Assembly: GCA_951813535.1 (NCBI GenBank)
Contig: OX638345.1
Span: 3,028,608-3,092,607 of the forward strand
Direction: 5' to 3'
DNA length: 64,000 bases
Source: an uncultured Dehalococcoidia bacterium
GTDB taxonomy: Bacteria; Chloroflexota; Dehalococcoidia; Lucifugimonadales; UBA3495
The translations under genes and the position numbers were made by a program. The notes under the pieces are model-generated. The model had not been told where the DNA came from and searched no databases. It saw only the letters and a list, made by a program, of their open reading frames with translations. Shown piece by piece: positions 1 through 9,175 of the stretch; within the stretch, counting starts at the first letter, position 1, and each line of letters starts with the position of its first letter.

Positions 1-858
1 CCGCAGGGACTCGTACATCTCCTGAACGCGCACCCAGTGCCGGTCCCAACAGTCGCCGTCCAGCCCGACTGGTACATCAAAGTCGAAACGGTCGTATACC
101 GAGTACGGTTGCGCCTTGCGGACATCGTACTCATAGCCGCAGGCACGAAGCATCGGGCCGGTCAGGCCCAGGGCAATCGCTTCATCCGCCCCGATCGGGC
201 TCACATCCTTGAGCCGGGACAGGAAGATTTCGTTGAAGGTCAATATGCGGTCGCTCTGCTCGACGTCTTCCCGCAGCAGCGGCATCAACTCATCCACCAA
301 CTGTCGGAAATTGTCCGGCACATCCTCCTTGAGACCACCGATGCGGAAATAGTTGTGCATCAGGCGGGCGCCCGACACGGCCTCGAAAAGCGCCTGCACC
401 CTCTCCCGGCCGCGAAAAGAGAACATCACCGGCGTCATGGCTCCCGCGTCCAGGCCCATGGTACCAACGTACAGCAGGTGGCTGGCGATGCGATTCAGCT
501 CGCACAGGATCACGCGGATGTATTCCGCACGTTCCGGCACCTCCAGGCCCATCAGCTTTTCCACGGCCATGCAGTACGCCATCTCGTTGTTGAAGTTCCC
601 GATGTAATCCATCCGGTCGAACAGCGTGACCACCTGGTGGTACTGCTCACCCTCGCACAGCTTCTCGGATCCCCGGTGCAGGTAGCCAATATGCGGCTCG
701 ACGTCCACCACCTTCTCGCCATCCACCCAGAGCACCATGCGAAACACGCCGTGGGTCGACGGGTGCTGCGGCCCCATGTTGAGCAGCATCTCCATCGGCT
801 GCGTCCCCTCACGGACGCCGTCGGACGCCTGGGCGGTCATGGTGTTTGGATCAGTCAT
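1..858 (-). CDS. nuoD: NADH-quinone oxidoreductase subunit D (first ~286 codons; continues past left edge)
   Basis: Absent from the ORF track because it runs off the edge. My minus-strand translation from ATG 858 (alternative in-frame ATG 840) reads MTDPNTMTAQ..MEMLLNMGPQHPSTHGVFRMVLWVDGEKVVDVEPHIGYLHRGSEKL..LTGPMLRACGYEYDVRKAQPYSVYDRFDFDVP. The frame stays open to position 1. Confidence 0.9.
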   Translation of the reverse strand, partial: MTDPNTMTAQASDGVREGTQPMEMLLNMGPQHPSTHGVFRMVLWVDGEKVVDVEPHIGYLHRGSEKLCEGEQYHQVVTLFDRMDYIGNFNNEMAYCMAVEKLMGLEVPERAEYIRVILCELNRIASHLLYVGTMGLDAGAMTPVMFSFRGRERVQALFEAVSGARLMHNYFRIGGLKEDVPDNFRQLVDELMPLLREDVEQSDRILTFNEIFLSRLKDVSPIGADEAIALGLTGPMLRACGYEYDVRKAQPYSVYDRFDFDVPVGLDGDCWDRHWVRVQEMYESLR

Positions 859-890
859 CGTTTATCAGACCGTGAACATCAATCCGACTA

Positions 891-1193
891 TCAGGCCGAC
901 GGATCGCGGGTTTCGGGAAAGGGCGAGCCGATGAAGCGCAGGCTGGGCTGCGGTGGTTCCACCCGGGCGCTCATCCAGGCTTCGCCATTGTCGTAGAACC
1001 CGGCCTCGATCAGCACCTCCTCCAAAATGCCCATTTCCTCACAATCTTCCAGGTAGTCCGAAACCTGTCTCCGGAGAGAAGTGCGGGCGTCTTCCTGGGT
1101 GTCGCCGAACGCCATCACTTCCAGTTCCGGACAGCGCGCCGACCAGCCGGCGCCCATGCGCCTTGCCTCAATTTCGTAGACGATCCGATCCAT
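891..1193 (-). CDS. HicB-fold (UPF0150-like) small protein embedded in the nuo operon
   Basis: 100-aa ORF. IVYEIEARRMGAGWSARCPELEVMAFGDTQEDARTSLRRQVSDYLEDCEEMG fits the HicB N-terminal pattern (Y.IE..dGgW.A..PEL.g....G.T.EEA). Its ATG lies 3 nt after the upstream stop. Confidence 0.55.
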   Translation of the reverse strand: MDRIVYEIEARRMGAGWSARCPELEVMAFGDTQEDARTSLRRQVSDYLEDCEEMGILEEVLIEAGFYDNGEAWMSARVEPPQPSLRFIGSPFPETRDPSA

Positions 1194-1196
1194 AGC

Positions 1197-1508
1197 CTAA
1201 CCGCTGGTGTCGTCCGCCACGGAGGAGTCTTCGGCCACGAACCGCAGCACGATTTCCGTTTCCTCAGTCAGGCGCTCAATCCCCAGAGACTGTCCCAGGC
1301 GACCACCGGTATCCTGTCGTTCCAGCCAACCTCGCATCGCCTGGACCAACCCGTCCTGGGCGGCTTCCGGCGTACGACCGCTGCCCTGTAGTTCCAGACC
1401 ATCCACCGTGGCCAAAAACTGGCCACCGCTGGGTACTACGCGCGCTATCAGTTCCACGGTCGCCGTATCGTCAGACGCGTTGGGATCGATTTCCTGCGCG
1501 GCGGTCAC
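1197..1508 (-). CDS. HicB-fold-like small protein embedded in the nuo operon
   Basis: 103-aa ORF. VELIARVVPSGGQFLATVDGLELQGSGRTPEAAQDGLVQAMRGWLE shows the same fold pattern. Its GTG start overlaps the nuoC TAG stop (TAGTG at 1506-1510). Confidence 0.5.
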   Translation of the reverse strand: MTAAQEIDPNASDDTATVELIARVVPSGGQFLATVDGLELQGSGRTPEAAQDGLVQAMRGWLERQDTGGRLGQSLGIERLTEETEIVLRFVAEDSSVADDTSG

Positions 1509-2044
1509 TAGAACTCCCGGTACTCGTAGAAATCGTAAGATCTCCGGCCGGGGTACCCGTCGAACTCGGGATACAGCAGCAACGGAGATAGATCGGGATG
1601 ATCCTCGAACGCGACCCCGAACAGGTCATGCGCTTCGCGCTCGTACCAGTCTGCAGCCGGCCAAACCACGGACACCGAAGGCAAGGCCGGGCTGTCGTAG
1701 GGCACTTCGGTCTTGACCACCAGCGACTGCTCCCTGGCCAAAGACTGGAGGAAATAGACCAGTTCGAAACGTTCCTCGTAGTCCACGCACGCCAGGCAGA
1801 GCAGCATGCGACAGTCCAACGCGTCGTCGTCCCGGCACGCCACACACGCCGACACGATATCGGCGGCCGGGACGGTGACCTGGGGAAGATCCCCCAACGC
1901 GCCGGGCACCGGGGAGTAGTCCGCTAACAGCGCGACTGCGCGATCCAGAATCTCACGCCGCGCCGGCGCCAACAGCTCGATGGGGTCTGGCGGCGGCACT
2001 GCGTCGGCCTCCGGAGCGTTACGCCGAGGTCGTGGCACTGCCAT
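1508..2044 (-). CDS. nuoC: NADH-quinone oxidoreductase subunit C
   Basis: C-terminal [50 protein letters not shown] is typical of the NuoC/30-kDa subunit. Confidence 0.9.
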   Translation of the reverse strand: MAVPRPRRNAPEADAVPPPDPIELLAPARREILDRAVALLADYSPVPGALGDLPQVTVPAADIVSACVACRDDDALDCRMLLCLACVDYEERFELVYFLQSLAREQSLVVKTEVPYDSPALPSVSVVWPAADWYEREAHDLFGVAFEDHPDLSPLLLYPEFDGYPGRRSYDFYEYREF

Positions 2045-2633
2045 CCCCCGCGTCGGCCATGATTTTTTCCTGGAGCTTCAGTATGCCGTACAGCAGCGCT
2101 TCAGGGCGCGGCGGGCATCCGGGCACGTACACGTCCACCGGGATGATGTGGTCGACGCCCATCACCACCGAGTAGGACCGGTAGTAAGGCCCGCCGTTGG
2201 TGGCGCAACTTCCCATGGCGATGACCCATTTCGGTTCGGGCATCTGCTCGTAGAGCAGCCGGATGGGTTCGGCCATCTTTTTGACCACGGTGCCGGCAAC
2301 GATCATGACGTCCGCCTGCCGTGGCGAAGGCCAGGTCACGACGCCGAAGCGGTCGAAATCGTGGTGGGCCATGTACGTGGAGATCATCTCGATGGCGCAG
2401 CAGGCCAGACCGAAGCTTAGCGTCCACAGCGACGACTTTCGCGCCATGGCGAACAGTTGGTCAGTCGTGGTTGTGATGACACCCGGCACCCGTCCGTCGG
2501 TTGCCTGGTTGAGCAGGCTGGGCCCGGGCCGGTTTCCAGCGCCCAGCACGATCTCCGTGCCCCGGGGCGGCATGGCCAGAGGGGACGTCGTCGGTTCCTC
2601 GGAAGGACCGGTGGCCGGATTTACTTCTGCCAA
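2019..2633 (-). CDS. nuoB: NADH-quinone oxidoreductase subunit B
   Basis: Contains [22 protein letters not shown] and [15 protein letters not shown], the Fe-S N2 ligand motifs. Confidence 0.95.
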   Translation of the reverse strand: MAEVNPATGPSEEPTTSPLAMPPRGTEIVLGAGNRPGPSLLNQATDGRVPGVITTTTDQLFAMARKSSLWTLSFGLACCAIEMISTYMAHHDFDRFGVVTWPSPRQADVMIVAGTVVKKMAEPIRLLYEQMPEPKWVIAMGSCATNGGPYYRSYSVVMGVDHIIPVDVYVPGCPPRPEALLYGILKLQEKIMADAGDGSATTSA

Positions 2634-3037
2634 TCCAGAACCCCCTTACGCCACCCGTAGATGACCGCGAAGAACAGCATGGCCAGGAACAGCAACATCG
2701 CGTAGAAAGGTATCGCGTTGCCGTTCACCGCTTTTTCCTGCAGGAACACGACGGCCCATGGGAACAGAAAAACCGCTTCAACGTCGAATATCAGGAAGAG
2801 GATCGCGAAGATGTAGAAACGGATATTGATGTTCGACCAGGCAAAGGGCGTCGGCGGTATCCCGCATTCGTAGGTGGTGAGCTTGACGGCGGACCGACGC
2901 CGGGCCGAAAGCAACTGCGAACCCGCAAACATCGCCCCGATAGCCCCCAGGGCGATGGCAATGGCGATCACCACCGCCAACCAATTTCCGGCATAGTCAG
3001 CCGGGTTGAAGGTTTGCAGCAACACTGGGTTTGGCAT
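2621..3037 (-). CDS. nuoA: NADH-quinone oxidoreductase subunit A
   Basis: [30 protein letters not shown] in a 3-TM protein, directly upstream of nuoB. Confidence 0.9.
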   Translation of the reverse strand: MPNPVLLQTFNPADYAGNWLAVVIAIAIALGAIGAMFAGSQLLSARRRSAVKLTTYECGIPPTPFAWSNINIRFYIFAILFLIFDVEAVFLFPWAVVFLQEKAVNGNAIPFYAMLLFLAMLFFAVIYGWRKGVLDWQK

Positions 3038-3103
3038 GGTCGGGCTGAGAACTGAAGGGTCGGCGTTGGGGCGGATTCATCGTAGCAACGGCCCCAACAA
3101 GTG

Positions 3104-4255
3104 TCAATTGATGCCCATGCCCTGTCGAAGCGTGGTCGAAGACACGTCGCGCCGGAAGTCGGCTTCGGATATCTCCGTGAACATCGGTCGGAATCCGTAC
3201 GGAATATTCACGTCCGACACCGACCGAAATGCCCCTCCGTCGTCGGCGCGCCCGCCCACGGCGAAGCGGCTCCCGCGTCCCCACATTTCCGCCAGGGCCC
3301 GCAGCATCGCCGTTTCGGAATCTCCGTAGTACCTGGGCTGGATCAGCCGGGTCACAGTGTCCCAACCGATCGCGAAACCGCATCCGGGGAACAGCTCCGA
3401 CTTCTTGATGAAGGTCTCCGCGCGGGTGAGCACCACCGTGCCGACCCCCCGGAACTGTTCCAGCCGACGGTGTATTTCTCCCAGGGCCAGGGGCGGTTTG
3501 TCTACGTTGGTCACCGAAAGCTCGAAGGCAACCCGGGCTCCCAACATCGCCCCAGCCACCTCTGCCAACTCGGTGTGACCGGCGTGCAAGGGGTTGAACG
3601 ATCCCGGCAGCAGGGCCCGCGGCGCGTCTCCGTCCACGACCATTCGGCCATCCGGATGGACGGTGACCCAGCTGGCGTCTCCATCCAGCAAGCGTTGCAC
3701 CGGCTCGGCATGCCGGACAGCTTCGGTTACGACACGTTCCGGAGAGGCCAGGCGCAGATCGAGTTCCGCGGACACGCCGCAGGAGCGGGCGAGGGCGGCT
3801 ATTACCAACCGGCTGACCACATCCTCTTCTCCGGCGCGGTCCCGTAATCCTTTCTCGAGGACGATTGCGTCCGTAGTGGCGCCTTGGTCGTCCCAGGTGG
3901 CTATGAAAGCGCGGTGCTCGCCGCGCTTGGTACGGTCTGTGGCAATCGTGGCGGTGCACGCCAGACCGACAATGGGCGCGTCCTGCTCTCGCAACGACAA
4001 TCCTCTCTGCCAAGCAGCCCGGGCCATGCGCCGCGCGGTGTCCGACGAGACCGTTTGCTCGGGGGCATACCCGCCCAGAAAATCAGTCATGGCCAGGTAC
4101 CCATACGGTACTCGCGTCTCCAGCACGGTGCGTGAAGCGCCCCCAACTCCCAGAAGCCAGGCCAGCGCGTAGTTGCCGGCGCCCGCCACCGCCAGCACCG
4201 ACTGCTGTGGCGTGTCGTGAATGCGGGCGACGATTTCAGAGATCGTTCCGTCCAT
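3104..4255 (-). CDS. Fusion protein: CinA-C/PncC-like domain plus cytidylyltransferase-like (HxGH) nucleotidyltransferase domain
   Basis: Start chosen at MDGTISEIVARIH (ATG 4255). The N-terminal half (AVAGAGNYALAWLLGVGGASRTVLE..YAPEQTVSSDTARRMA) is CinA-C-like. The C-terminal half has LPGSFNPLHAGHTELA, a HIGH-type motif of the NMN/NaMN adenylyltransferase superfamily. Confidence 0.55.
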   Translation of the reverse strand: MDGTISEIVARIHDTPQQSVLAVAGAGNYALAWLLGVGGASRTVLETRVPYGYLAMTDFLGGYAPEQTVSSDTARRMARAAWQRGLSLREQDAPIVGLACTATIATDRTKRGEHRAFIATWDDQGATTDAIVLEKGLRDRAGEEDVVSRLVIAALARSCGVSAELDLRLASPERVVTEAVRHAEPVQRLLDGDASWVTVHPDGRMVVDGDAPRALLPGSFNPLHAGHTELAEVAGAMLGARVAFELSVTNVDKPPLALGEIHRRLEQFRGVGTVVLTRAETFIKKSELFPGCGFAIGWDTVTRLIQPRYYGDSETAMLRALAEMWGRGSRFAVGGRADDGGAFRSVSDVNIPYGFRPMFTEISEADFRRDVSSTTLRQGMGIN

Positions 4256-4664
4256 GCAATTGCCCACTGCCTTCGCGCCGGCCCTCGAGGTATTCAATGG
4301 CTTCCTGCGGGAGAGACACACCAAGCCGCTGGAGTTCCGCGCGCATGGTTTCGCGTTCCTCTCGCCGGCCTTCGTTCCGGCCTTCGCGCCGGCCCTCGTC
4401 AAGCCACCTTTGTCTGCGTCTAGCTCTGATGTCCGACATTTTCTCAAACATTTTGCGCACTCCGTCAAACAGCCCGGCCAACGGTATTACCAAGGCCCAG
4501 TAGAGTTTGGTGACCGTAATCTCGAAGTAATTAAACGCCCGCAGTTCCGAGCCGGAAAACTCCGCGAGGACGGCGATGCTGGCGCAAGCTGTCAGCGTGA
4601 AGCCGCCAATTTGCCAATAAATACCGCGATCAACCAGTTCGCTGGTGGCATCCGACGAACGCAT
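4236..4664 (-). CDS. Hypothetical 2-TM membrane protein with an Arg/Glu-rich tail
   Basis: Two hydrophobic segments (IYWQIGGFTLTACASIAVLAEF and LYWALVIPLAGLF) are followed by RARRRQRWLDEGRREGRNEGRREERE. Same strand as its neighbours, lower GC (29/60 on line 4501), no recognisable family. Confidence 0.4.
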   Translation of the reverse strand: MRSSDATSELVDRGIYWQIGGFTLTACASIAVLAEFSGSELRAFNYFEITVTKLYWALVIPLAGLFDGVRKMFEKMSDIRARRRQRWLDEGRREGRNEGRREERETMRAELQRLGVSLPQEAIEYLEGRREGSGQLHGRNDL

Positions 4665-4682
4665 TGTAGCATCCTATCGCAT

Positions 4683-5309
4683 TCAGCCGCCCGGACGGCG
4701 AGACCACGCCCCCGGGTCAATCGCGCTCATGGTGCCCAATGACACGTCGATCTCGCCGGCGATTTTGCGGTCCCATTCGTCGGCCCATCGTTTGGGCAGC
4801 CGAGGCCGCGCCTCCCGCCAGGTCATCCGGCCACCGCCATTGGTACGGGCAGCCACGGCTTCCACCAGGAACGCGGTCATATCACCGCCGTCCATAGCGT
4901 TGACCACGCGGCAATCAAGGTACCCATAGCATCCCTCGAGCAGGGGGCTGCCCGTGGCGCCGAGGGCATGACCCACGTCCTCAAGCTTGTCGCCATCGCG
5001 CCCCGAGTGCATCCCCAACTGCCAGATCAGCGGCAATTGGCTGCTTTCCAGGAAATTGATCGCCAGCACGCCGCTGGAGGCGATCAGGCCGTGGGTGAAG
5101 TTGGTGTGGTAGATCTGGACAATCAGCCGAGGCCGCTGGGGGACTATGGAAGCGGCAGTGATCGCCACCGCGATCTGCGCGTTGCTCACGTCTCCCGCCC
5201 GGGTCGAGACTGCCGCCAACGGAGCGCTGAGCCCGCCCAACAGCGGGCCGACGTCGGCGGGGTTCACATCTGAAGCGGAGTGAGCCATCGCCCCTGAAGG
5301 TTCACTCAT
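4683..5309 (-). CDS. Flavin reductase family protein (FMN-binding split barrel)
   Basis: LAAVSTRAGD..AVAITAASIVPQRPRLIVQIYHTNFTHGLIASSGVLAINFL fits the flavin reductase-like domain pattern. Confidence 0.7.
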   Translation of the reverse strand: MSEPSGAMAHSASDVNPADVGPLLGGLSAPLAAVSTRAGDVSNAQIAVAITAASIVPQRPRLIVQIYHTNFTHGLIASSGVLAINFLESSQLPLIWQLGMHSGRDGDKLEDVGHALGATGSPLLEGCYGYLDCRVVNAMDGGDMTAFLVEAVAARTNGGGRMTWREARPRLPKRWADEWDRKIAGEIDVSLGTMSAIDPGAWSRRPGG

Positions 5310-5314
5310 CGTTC

Positions 5315-6346
5315 CTACCAGTCAGGGTGGGTGTCCATCGGATCGTTGACGGTCAAGCGCATCTGGCCCGTTCCGTCCGCGTTCATGTACAGGACCTCGG
5401 CGTTCCCGTAAGCGTACGAGACGAATGCAATCCGGTCGTCGCCCGCGGACCAGACCGGCATCAAATCGTCTTCCGCGTTTTGGGTCAACTGTCGCCGCTC
5501 GGAACCGTCCACCAACACGGAGAATATCTCGGACTGGTCGTCGAAACGCACGACGAAGGCCAACCGCCTGCCGTCGGAGGACCAGTCAACCGAGAACTCG
5601 TCATACTCGTCTTCGGACACGGCCACCTCGTCCGTGTCATCGGCCCAGTTGTCCGAGTTGGTGGGACGCAGAACGTAAACGTCGCGATTGCCATCTGCGC
5701 TGCGCAGGAAGGCTATGCGGTCGCCTTTGGGTGACCAGACCGGGTCGGAGTCCGGCCCTGAGGTCAATTCGATCCGGTTGACGCCGTTGGGATTACGCAG
5801 AAAGAGACCGTCCGTTCCGTACTCGGTGAAGACCAGCCACTCCCCATCTGGAGACCAGTCTCCCACGAGTTCCCTTTCGGGGCTGAAGGTCAGCCGCGTT
5901 TTCTGCCCTCCCTCCAGTGTCACCATGTAAATGTCGGGCTCGCCGTCTTCGTCCGACACGTACGAAATGCGATCCGATCCGGGAGCCCAGATCGGAGGCT
6001 GCTCGGCGTCTACGTTCGAAACCAGCGCGGTGACGCCTTCGCTGCCGACGTCGTAAAGCATCAACTCGGTCTTATTGCCGACCGAAATCCAGGCAATCTT
6101 GGACTGGTCGGGCGACCAGCGCGGCGTCCTGGCGTCGGCGCTCAGGGAAGATATCCGCGAAGCCTCGTCATCTCCCGGCTGCTTGATCCATACTTGGGCG
6201 CCATCTTCGTCGGACACTATGTAGGCAATGGCTGGGAGATCCCCACCGACCAGGCCCCCCGCAAAACAACCGCCCAAAGACAAGGCCACGGCTAAACAAA
6301 CAGTCAAACACAAAAACCGAATTGTTCCCGTAGCCAATATCATCAA
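5315..6346 (-). CDS. TolB-like WD40/PD40 beta-propeller lipoprotein
   Basis: Signal peptide ends in a lipobox-like SLGGC. Repeated units (P.WSPDG..IAF.S.R.G) are visible: WSPDQSKIAWIS, WAPGSDRISYVS, WSPDGEWLVFT, WSPKGDRIAFL, WSSDGRRLAFV, WSAGDDRIAFVS. Confidence 0.8.
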   Translation of the reverse strand: MMILATGTIRFLCLTVCLAVALSLGGCFAGGLVGGDLPAIAYIVSDEDGAQVWIKQPGDDEASRISSLSADARTPRWSPDQSKIAWISVGNKTELMLYDVGSEGVTALVSNVDAEQPPIWAPGSDRISYVSDEDGEPDIYMVTLEGGQKTRLTFSPERELVGDWSPDGEWLVFTEYGTDGLFLRNPNGVNRIELTSGPDSDPVWSPKGDRIAFLRSADGNRDVYVLRPTNSDNWADDTDEVAVSEDEYDEFSVDWSSDGRRLAFVVRFDDQSEIFSVLVDGSERRQLTQNAEDDLMPVWSAGDDRIAFVSYAYGNAEVLYMNADGTGQMRLTVNDPMDTHPDW

Positions 6347-6553
6347 TATTCGTTCCGACCGGAGGTGATTGCGATGCGGCGATTATATCGTAGCGAACTG
6401 CCCGGATACTCGGCGTCCGGAGACCATTTGCGCGGTTTGTGTTTCTTGACATCCGCGGGGGCCCAATTTAGCATCCCTTCATCTCAATGATATCTGGCGC
6501 CGTCGACGGGTTACCCAGTCGGCTGCGCGTTCTGCACAAATGCGAGGTCCATC

Positions 6554-7807
6554 ATGCTGGCAATAGTTGGAGGAAATCTCGTCGACGGCTCGGGCAGCCC
6601 CAGGGTGGAAAACGCCACTGTACTGATCGACGGCGACCGCATCGTGGAGGTCGGCCCGCAGGCGTCCGTTCCCGTTCCCGAGGGCGCGGAAGTACTGGAT
6701 GCCAGCGGTCACACCGTGATGCCCGGACTGATCGACGTGCACGACCACCTGGCCTCGGGAGGATACGGACTTACAGGCCGTTGGGGCATGGACGAGCCGC
6801 TGTCGCTTTTAAGCATCAGAACGGCGCAGGTCATCGAAGACACGCTGGCCGCCGGCTACACCACGGTGCGCGACGCCGGGGGCCTCGACGCCGGTTTCAA
6901 GATGGCCGTGGAGCAGGGCCTGATCAAGGGCCCGCGTCTCATCATCTCGGTCAATATCATGTCTCCCACCGGCGGGATCGAGGACAAGGTGAGCGGGAGC
7001 GGACACCGCAAGGTCATCCTGGGCCACGATCCCCTGTCCCCTGACGGTGTGGCCGACGGAGTGGACGGTGTGCGGGCCAAGGTGCGCGAGTTGGTCCGCT
7101 GTGGCGCCGACCAGATCAAGTTCGCGACCACCGGCGGCGCGTCCGGTCGCCCCGGCAACGGCCCGTTGGACCAGGCCTACACGCTGGATGAGGCAAAAGC
7201 GCTGGTTGACGAAGCCGCCGCCCTGGGCCGCAGCACTCTCTGCCACGCCGTGGGTGGCACCGGCCTGCCCATCGCCATCAGGGCCGGCGCCGGCTCCATC
7301 GAACACGGGTGCTACCTGGCCACGGACCCTGACATGCTGAAAATGATGGCCGATCAGGGCACCTTCTTCACCCCGACCTTCGAGGTCTACGACTTCCACA
7401 GCACGGTCAGCGCGCCACACATCAAGGTACGGGCGCAGGCGCTGATGGACATTCACATTCAGAGCACCGAACTCGCCATCAAGGAGGGCGTGCGCATCGT
7501 GGCGGGAACCGACGCCGGCGGTTTCGTGCACGGCGACAACGCCCGCGAACTGGAACTGATGGTTGAAAAGGGCATGAGCAACATGCTGGCCATCCAGGCC
7601 GCCACGGGTTACGCCGCCGAGTGCTGTGGCATCGGAAAAGAGGTCGGAACCATCGAGGCGGGCAAGCAGGCCGACGTGTTGGTGGTGGACGGCGACCCGT
7701 TGCAGAACATCTCGGTCCTGAGAGACCGCGAGCGCTTGCTCCTGATCATGAAGGGCGGCGAAGCCTACACCAATCGCCTGCCAGCCAGGGAGCTGCAACC
7801 CGCCTAG
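6554..7807 (+). CDS. Amidohydrolase family metal-dependent hydrolase
   Basis: GHTVMPGLIDVHDHL metal-binding HxH motif, later HA..G and AGTDAG. GAGG Shine-Dalgarno (SD) sequence upstream. Confidence 0.8.
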   Translation: MLAIVGGNLVDGSGSPRVENATVLIDGDRIVEVGPQASVPVPEGAEVLDASGHTVMPGLIDVHDHLASGGYGLTGRWGMDEPLSLLSIRTAQVIEDTLAAGYTTVRDAGGLDAGFKMAVEQGLIKGPRLIISVNIMSPTGGIEDKVSGSGHRKVILGHDPLSPDGVADGVDGVRAKVRELVRCGADQIKFATTGGASGRPGNGPLDQAYTLDEAKALVDEAAALGRSTLCHAVGGTGLPIAIRAGAGSIEHGCYLATDPDMLKMMADQGTFFTPTFEVYDFHSTVSAPHIKVRAQALMDIHIQSTELAIKEGVRIVAGTDAGGFVHGDNARELELMVEKGMSNMLAIQAATGYAAECCGIGKEVGTIEAGKQADVLVVDGDPLQNISVLRDRERLLLIMKGGEAYTNRLPARELQPA

Positions 7808-7882
7808 TCACGTTACAGGTCGGGCAAGCCCCGCCGGCAGTGCGGACAATCACCGCGGGTGGGATACTCGGTCGCCGCTGCG

Positions 7883-8638
7883 ATGCGTTTCACCATCCTT
7901 ACGCTGTTTCCGGACGCGTTCCGGTTCATGGAGGATTACAGCGTGCTGGGTCGAGCCACCCGCGGCGGACTGATCTCCCTGGAAACCGTCGATATCCGGG
8001 AGTTCGCCACTGACCGTCACAGTACCGCCGACGACTACCAGTTCGGCGGTGGACCCGGTATGGTCATGAAACCGGATCCGGTGTTTGCCGCGGTGGAAAC
8101 TGCCCTGGCAAACATTCCCGCAGAGGAACGGTCGGCAACACCCGTTGCGCTAACCTCACCGCAGGGAAACTATCTGGACCAGGACCTTGTCAACGAGTTG
8201 GCCGCCGCGCCGGGCATCATCATCATTTGCGGGCACTATGCCGGTGTTGACGAACGCATCCGGCAGGACTTGATCACCCACGAAATCTCCATCGGGGATT
8301 ATGTGCTGACGGGTGGAGAGCTAGCCGCCATGGTGATCATCGACGCAGTGTCCCGCTTTGTGCCGGAGGTAGTTGGCTCGGCGGAGAACGTGGAGCACGA
8401 CAGCATCACCTCGGGTTTGTTGCAGCACCCGTTGTACACCCGTCCCGCCGAGTTTCGCGGAATGGCCGTGCCGGAAATACTGAGATCCGGCAACCACGCC
8501 GACATTGAGCGTTGGCGACGGCAGCAGTCCCTGGAACGGACGCTGCGCCTGCGGCCCGATTTGCTGGACACCGCGCCGCTGACCAACTCCGACCGCGTCT
8601 TCCTGGCTAGCCTGGGATGGAGCGGAGCAGCAGACTGA
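7883..8638 (+). CDS. trmD: tRNA (guanine37-N1)-methyltransferase
   Basis: [13 protein letters not shown].., [14 protein letters not shown] and [10 protein letters not shown] are TrmD hallmarks. The ORF opens at 7859, but the homologous N-terminus is at ATG 7883. Confidence 0.9.
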   Translation: MRFTILTLFPDAFRFMEDYSVLGRATRGGLISLETVDIREFATDRHSTADDYQFGGGPGMVMKPDPVFAAVETALANIPAEERSATPVALTSPQGNYLDQDLVNELAAAPGIIIICGHYAGVDERIRQDLITHEISIGDYVLTGGELAAMVIIDAVSRFVPEVVGSAENVEHDSITSGLLQHPLYTRPAEFRGMAVPEILRSGNHADIERWRRQQSLERTLRLRPDLLDTAPLTNSDRVFLASLGWSGAAD

Positions 8639-8639
8639 C

Positions 8640-9164
8640 ATGACGCAACGGCGTTCGGACTACCCTTTCGGTCTCGACGTGCGGGTGCGCTGGCAGGAGT
8701 GCGACGCGCAGGGCATAGCTTTCAACGGCAGCTACCTGGGCTGGTTGGAAATCGCCCAGGCGGAGTATTTCCGCAACCTGGGGTTCAGCATCTACCGCGT
8801 CGCGGCCGCGGGCTATTTCGATAGCGCGGTCGCCAAGGTCACCATCGAGTACAAGGCGCCGGTCCGGGTGGACGAAATGCTGGACCTTCGAGCCAGGGTC
8901 GCTCGCATCGGCAACACCAGCCTGGCGTTGGAAGTCGCCATCTTCGCGGAGGGAGGAGCCCCCGACGACGCTCCGCTCACGACCATTGAGGCCATATACG
9001 TGGGATTCTACGCGGACACCGGGCGGACCAGGCGGGTTCCCGATTCGATCCGCGAATTGGTGGAAAGTTGGGAATCGGCCGGCGCAGTCCTGCCCCTGGC
9101 TACATTCCCGGAACTGGCGGCAGCGCAATCCGGCAGCGTCGAACCTGCGGCTCCGACGAACTGA
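8640..9164 (+). CDS. Acyl-CoA thioesterase, 4HBT/YbgC-like hotdog fold
   Basis: VRVRWQECDAQGIAFNGSYLGWLEIAQAEYFRNLG is the typical hotdog thioesterase N-terminus. Confidence 0.7.
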   Translation: MTQRRSDYPFGLDVRVRWQECDAQGIAFNGSYLGWLEIAQAEYFRNLGFSIYRVAAAGYFDSAVAKVTIEYKAPVRVDEMLDLRARVARIGNTSLALEVAIFAEGGAPDDAPLTTIEAIYVGFYADTGRTRRVPDSIRELVESWESAGAVLPLATFPELAAAQSGSVEPAAPTN

Positions 9165-9175
9165 GCTGCGGCTTT

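Noticed and set aside
37-996. 319-aa plus-strand ORF at the left edge
   Set aside because: It is antisense to a textbook nuoD reading frame. It is His/Arg/Val-rich with no motifs, the typical shadow ORF of high-GC DNA.
2997-4013. 338-aa Arg/Pro/Gly-rich minus-strand ORF
   Set aside because: It is an alternative frame of the CinA-like/nucleotidyltransferase gene and overlaps nuoA. Its composition is non-protein-like.
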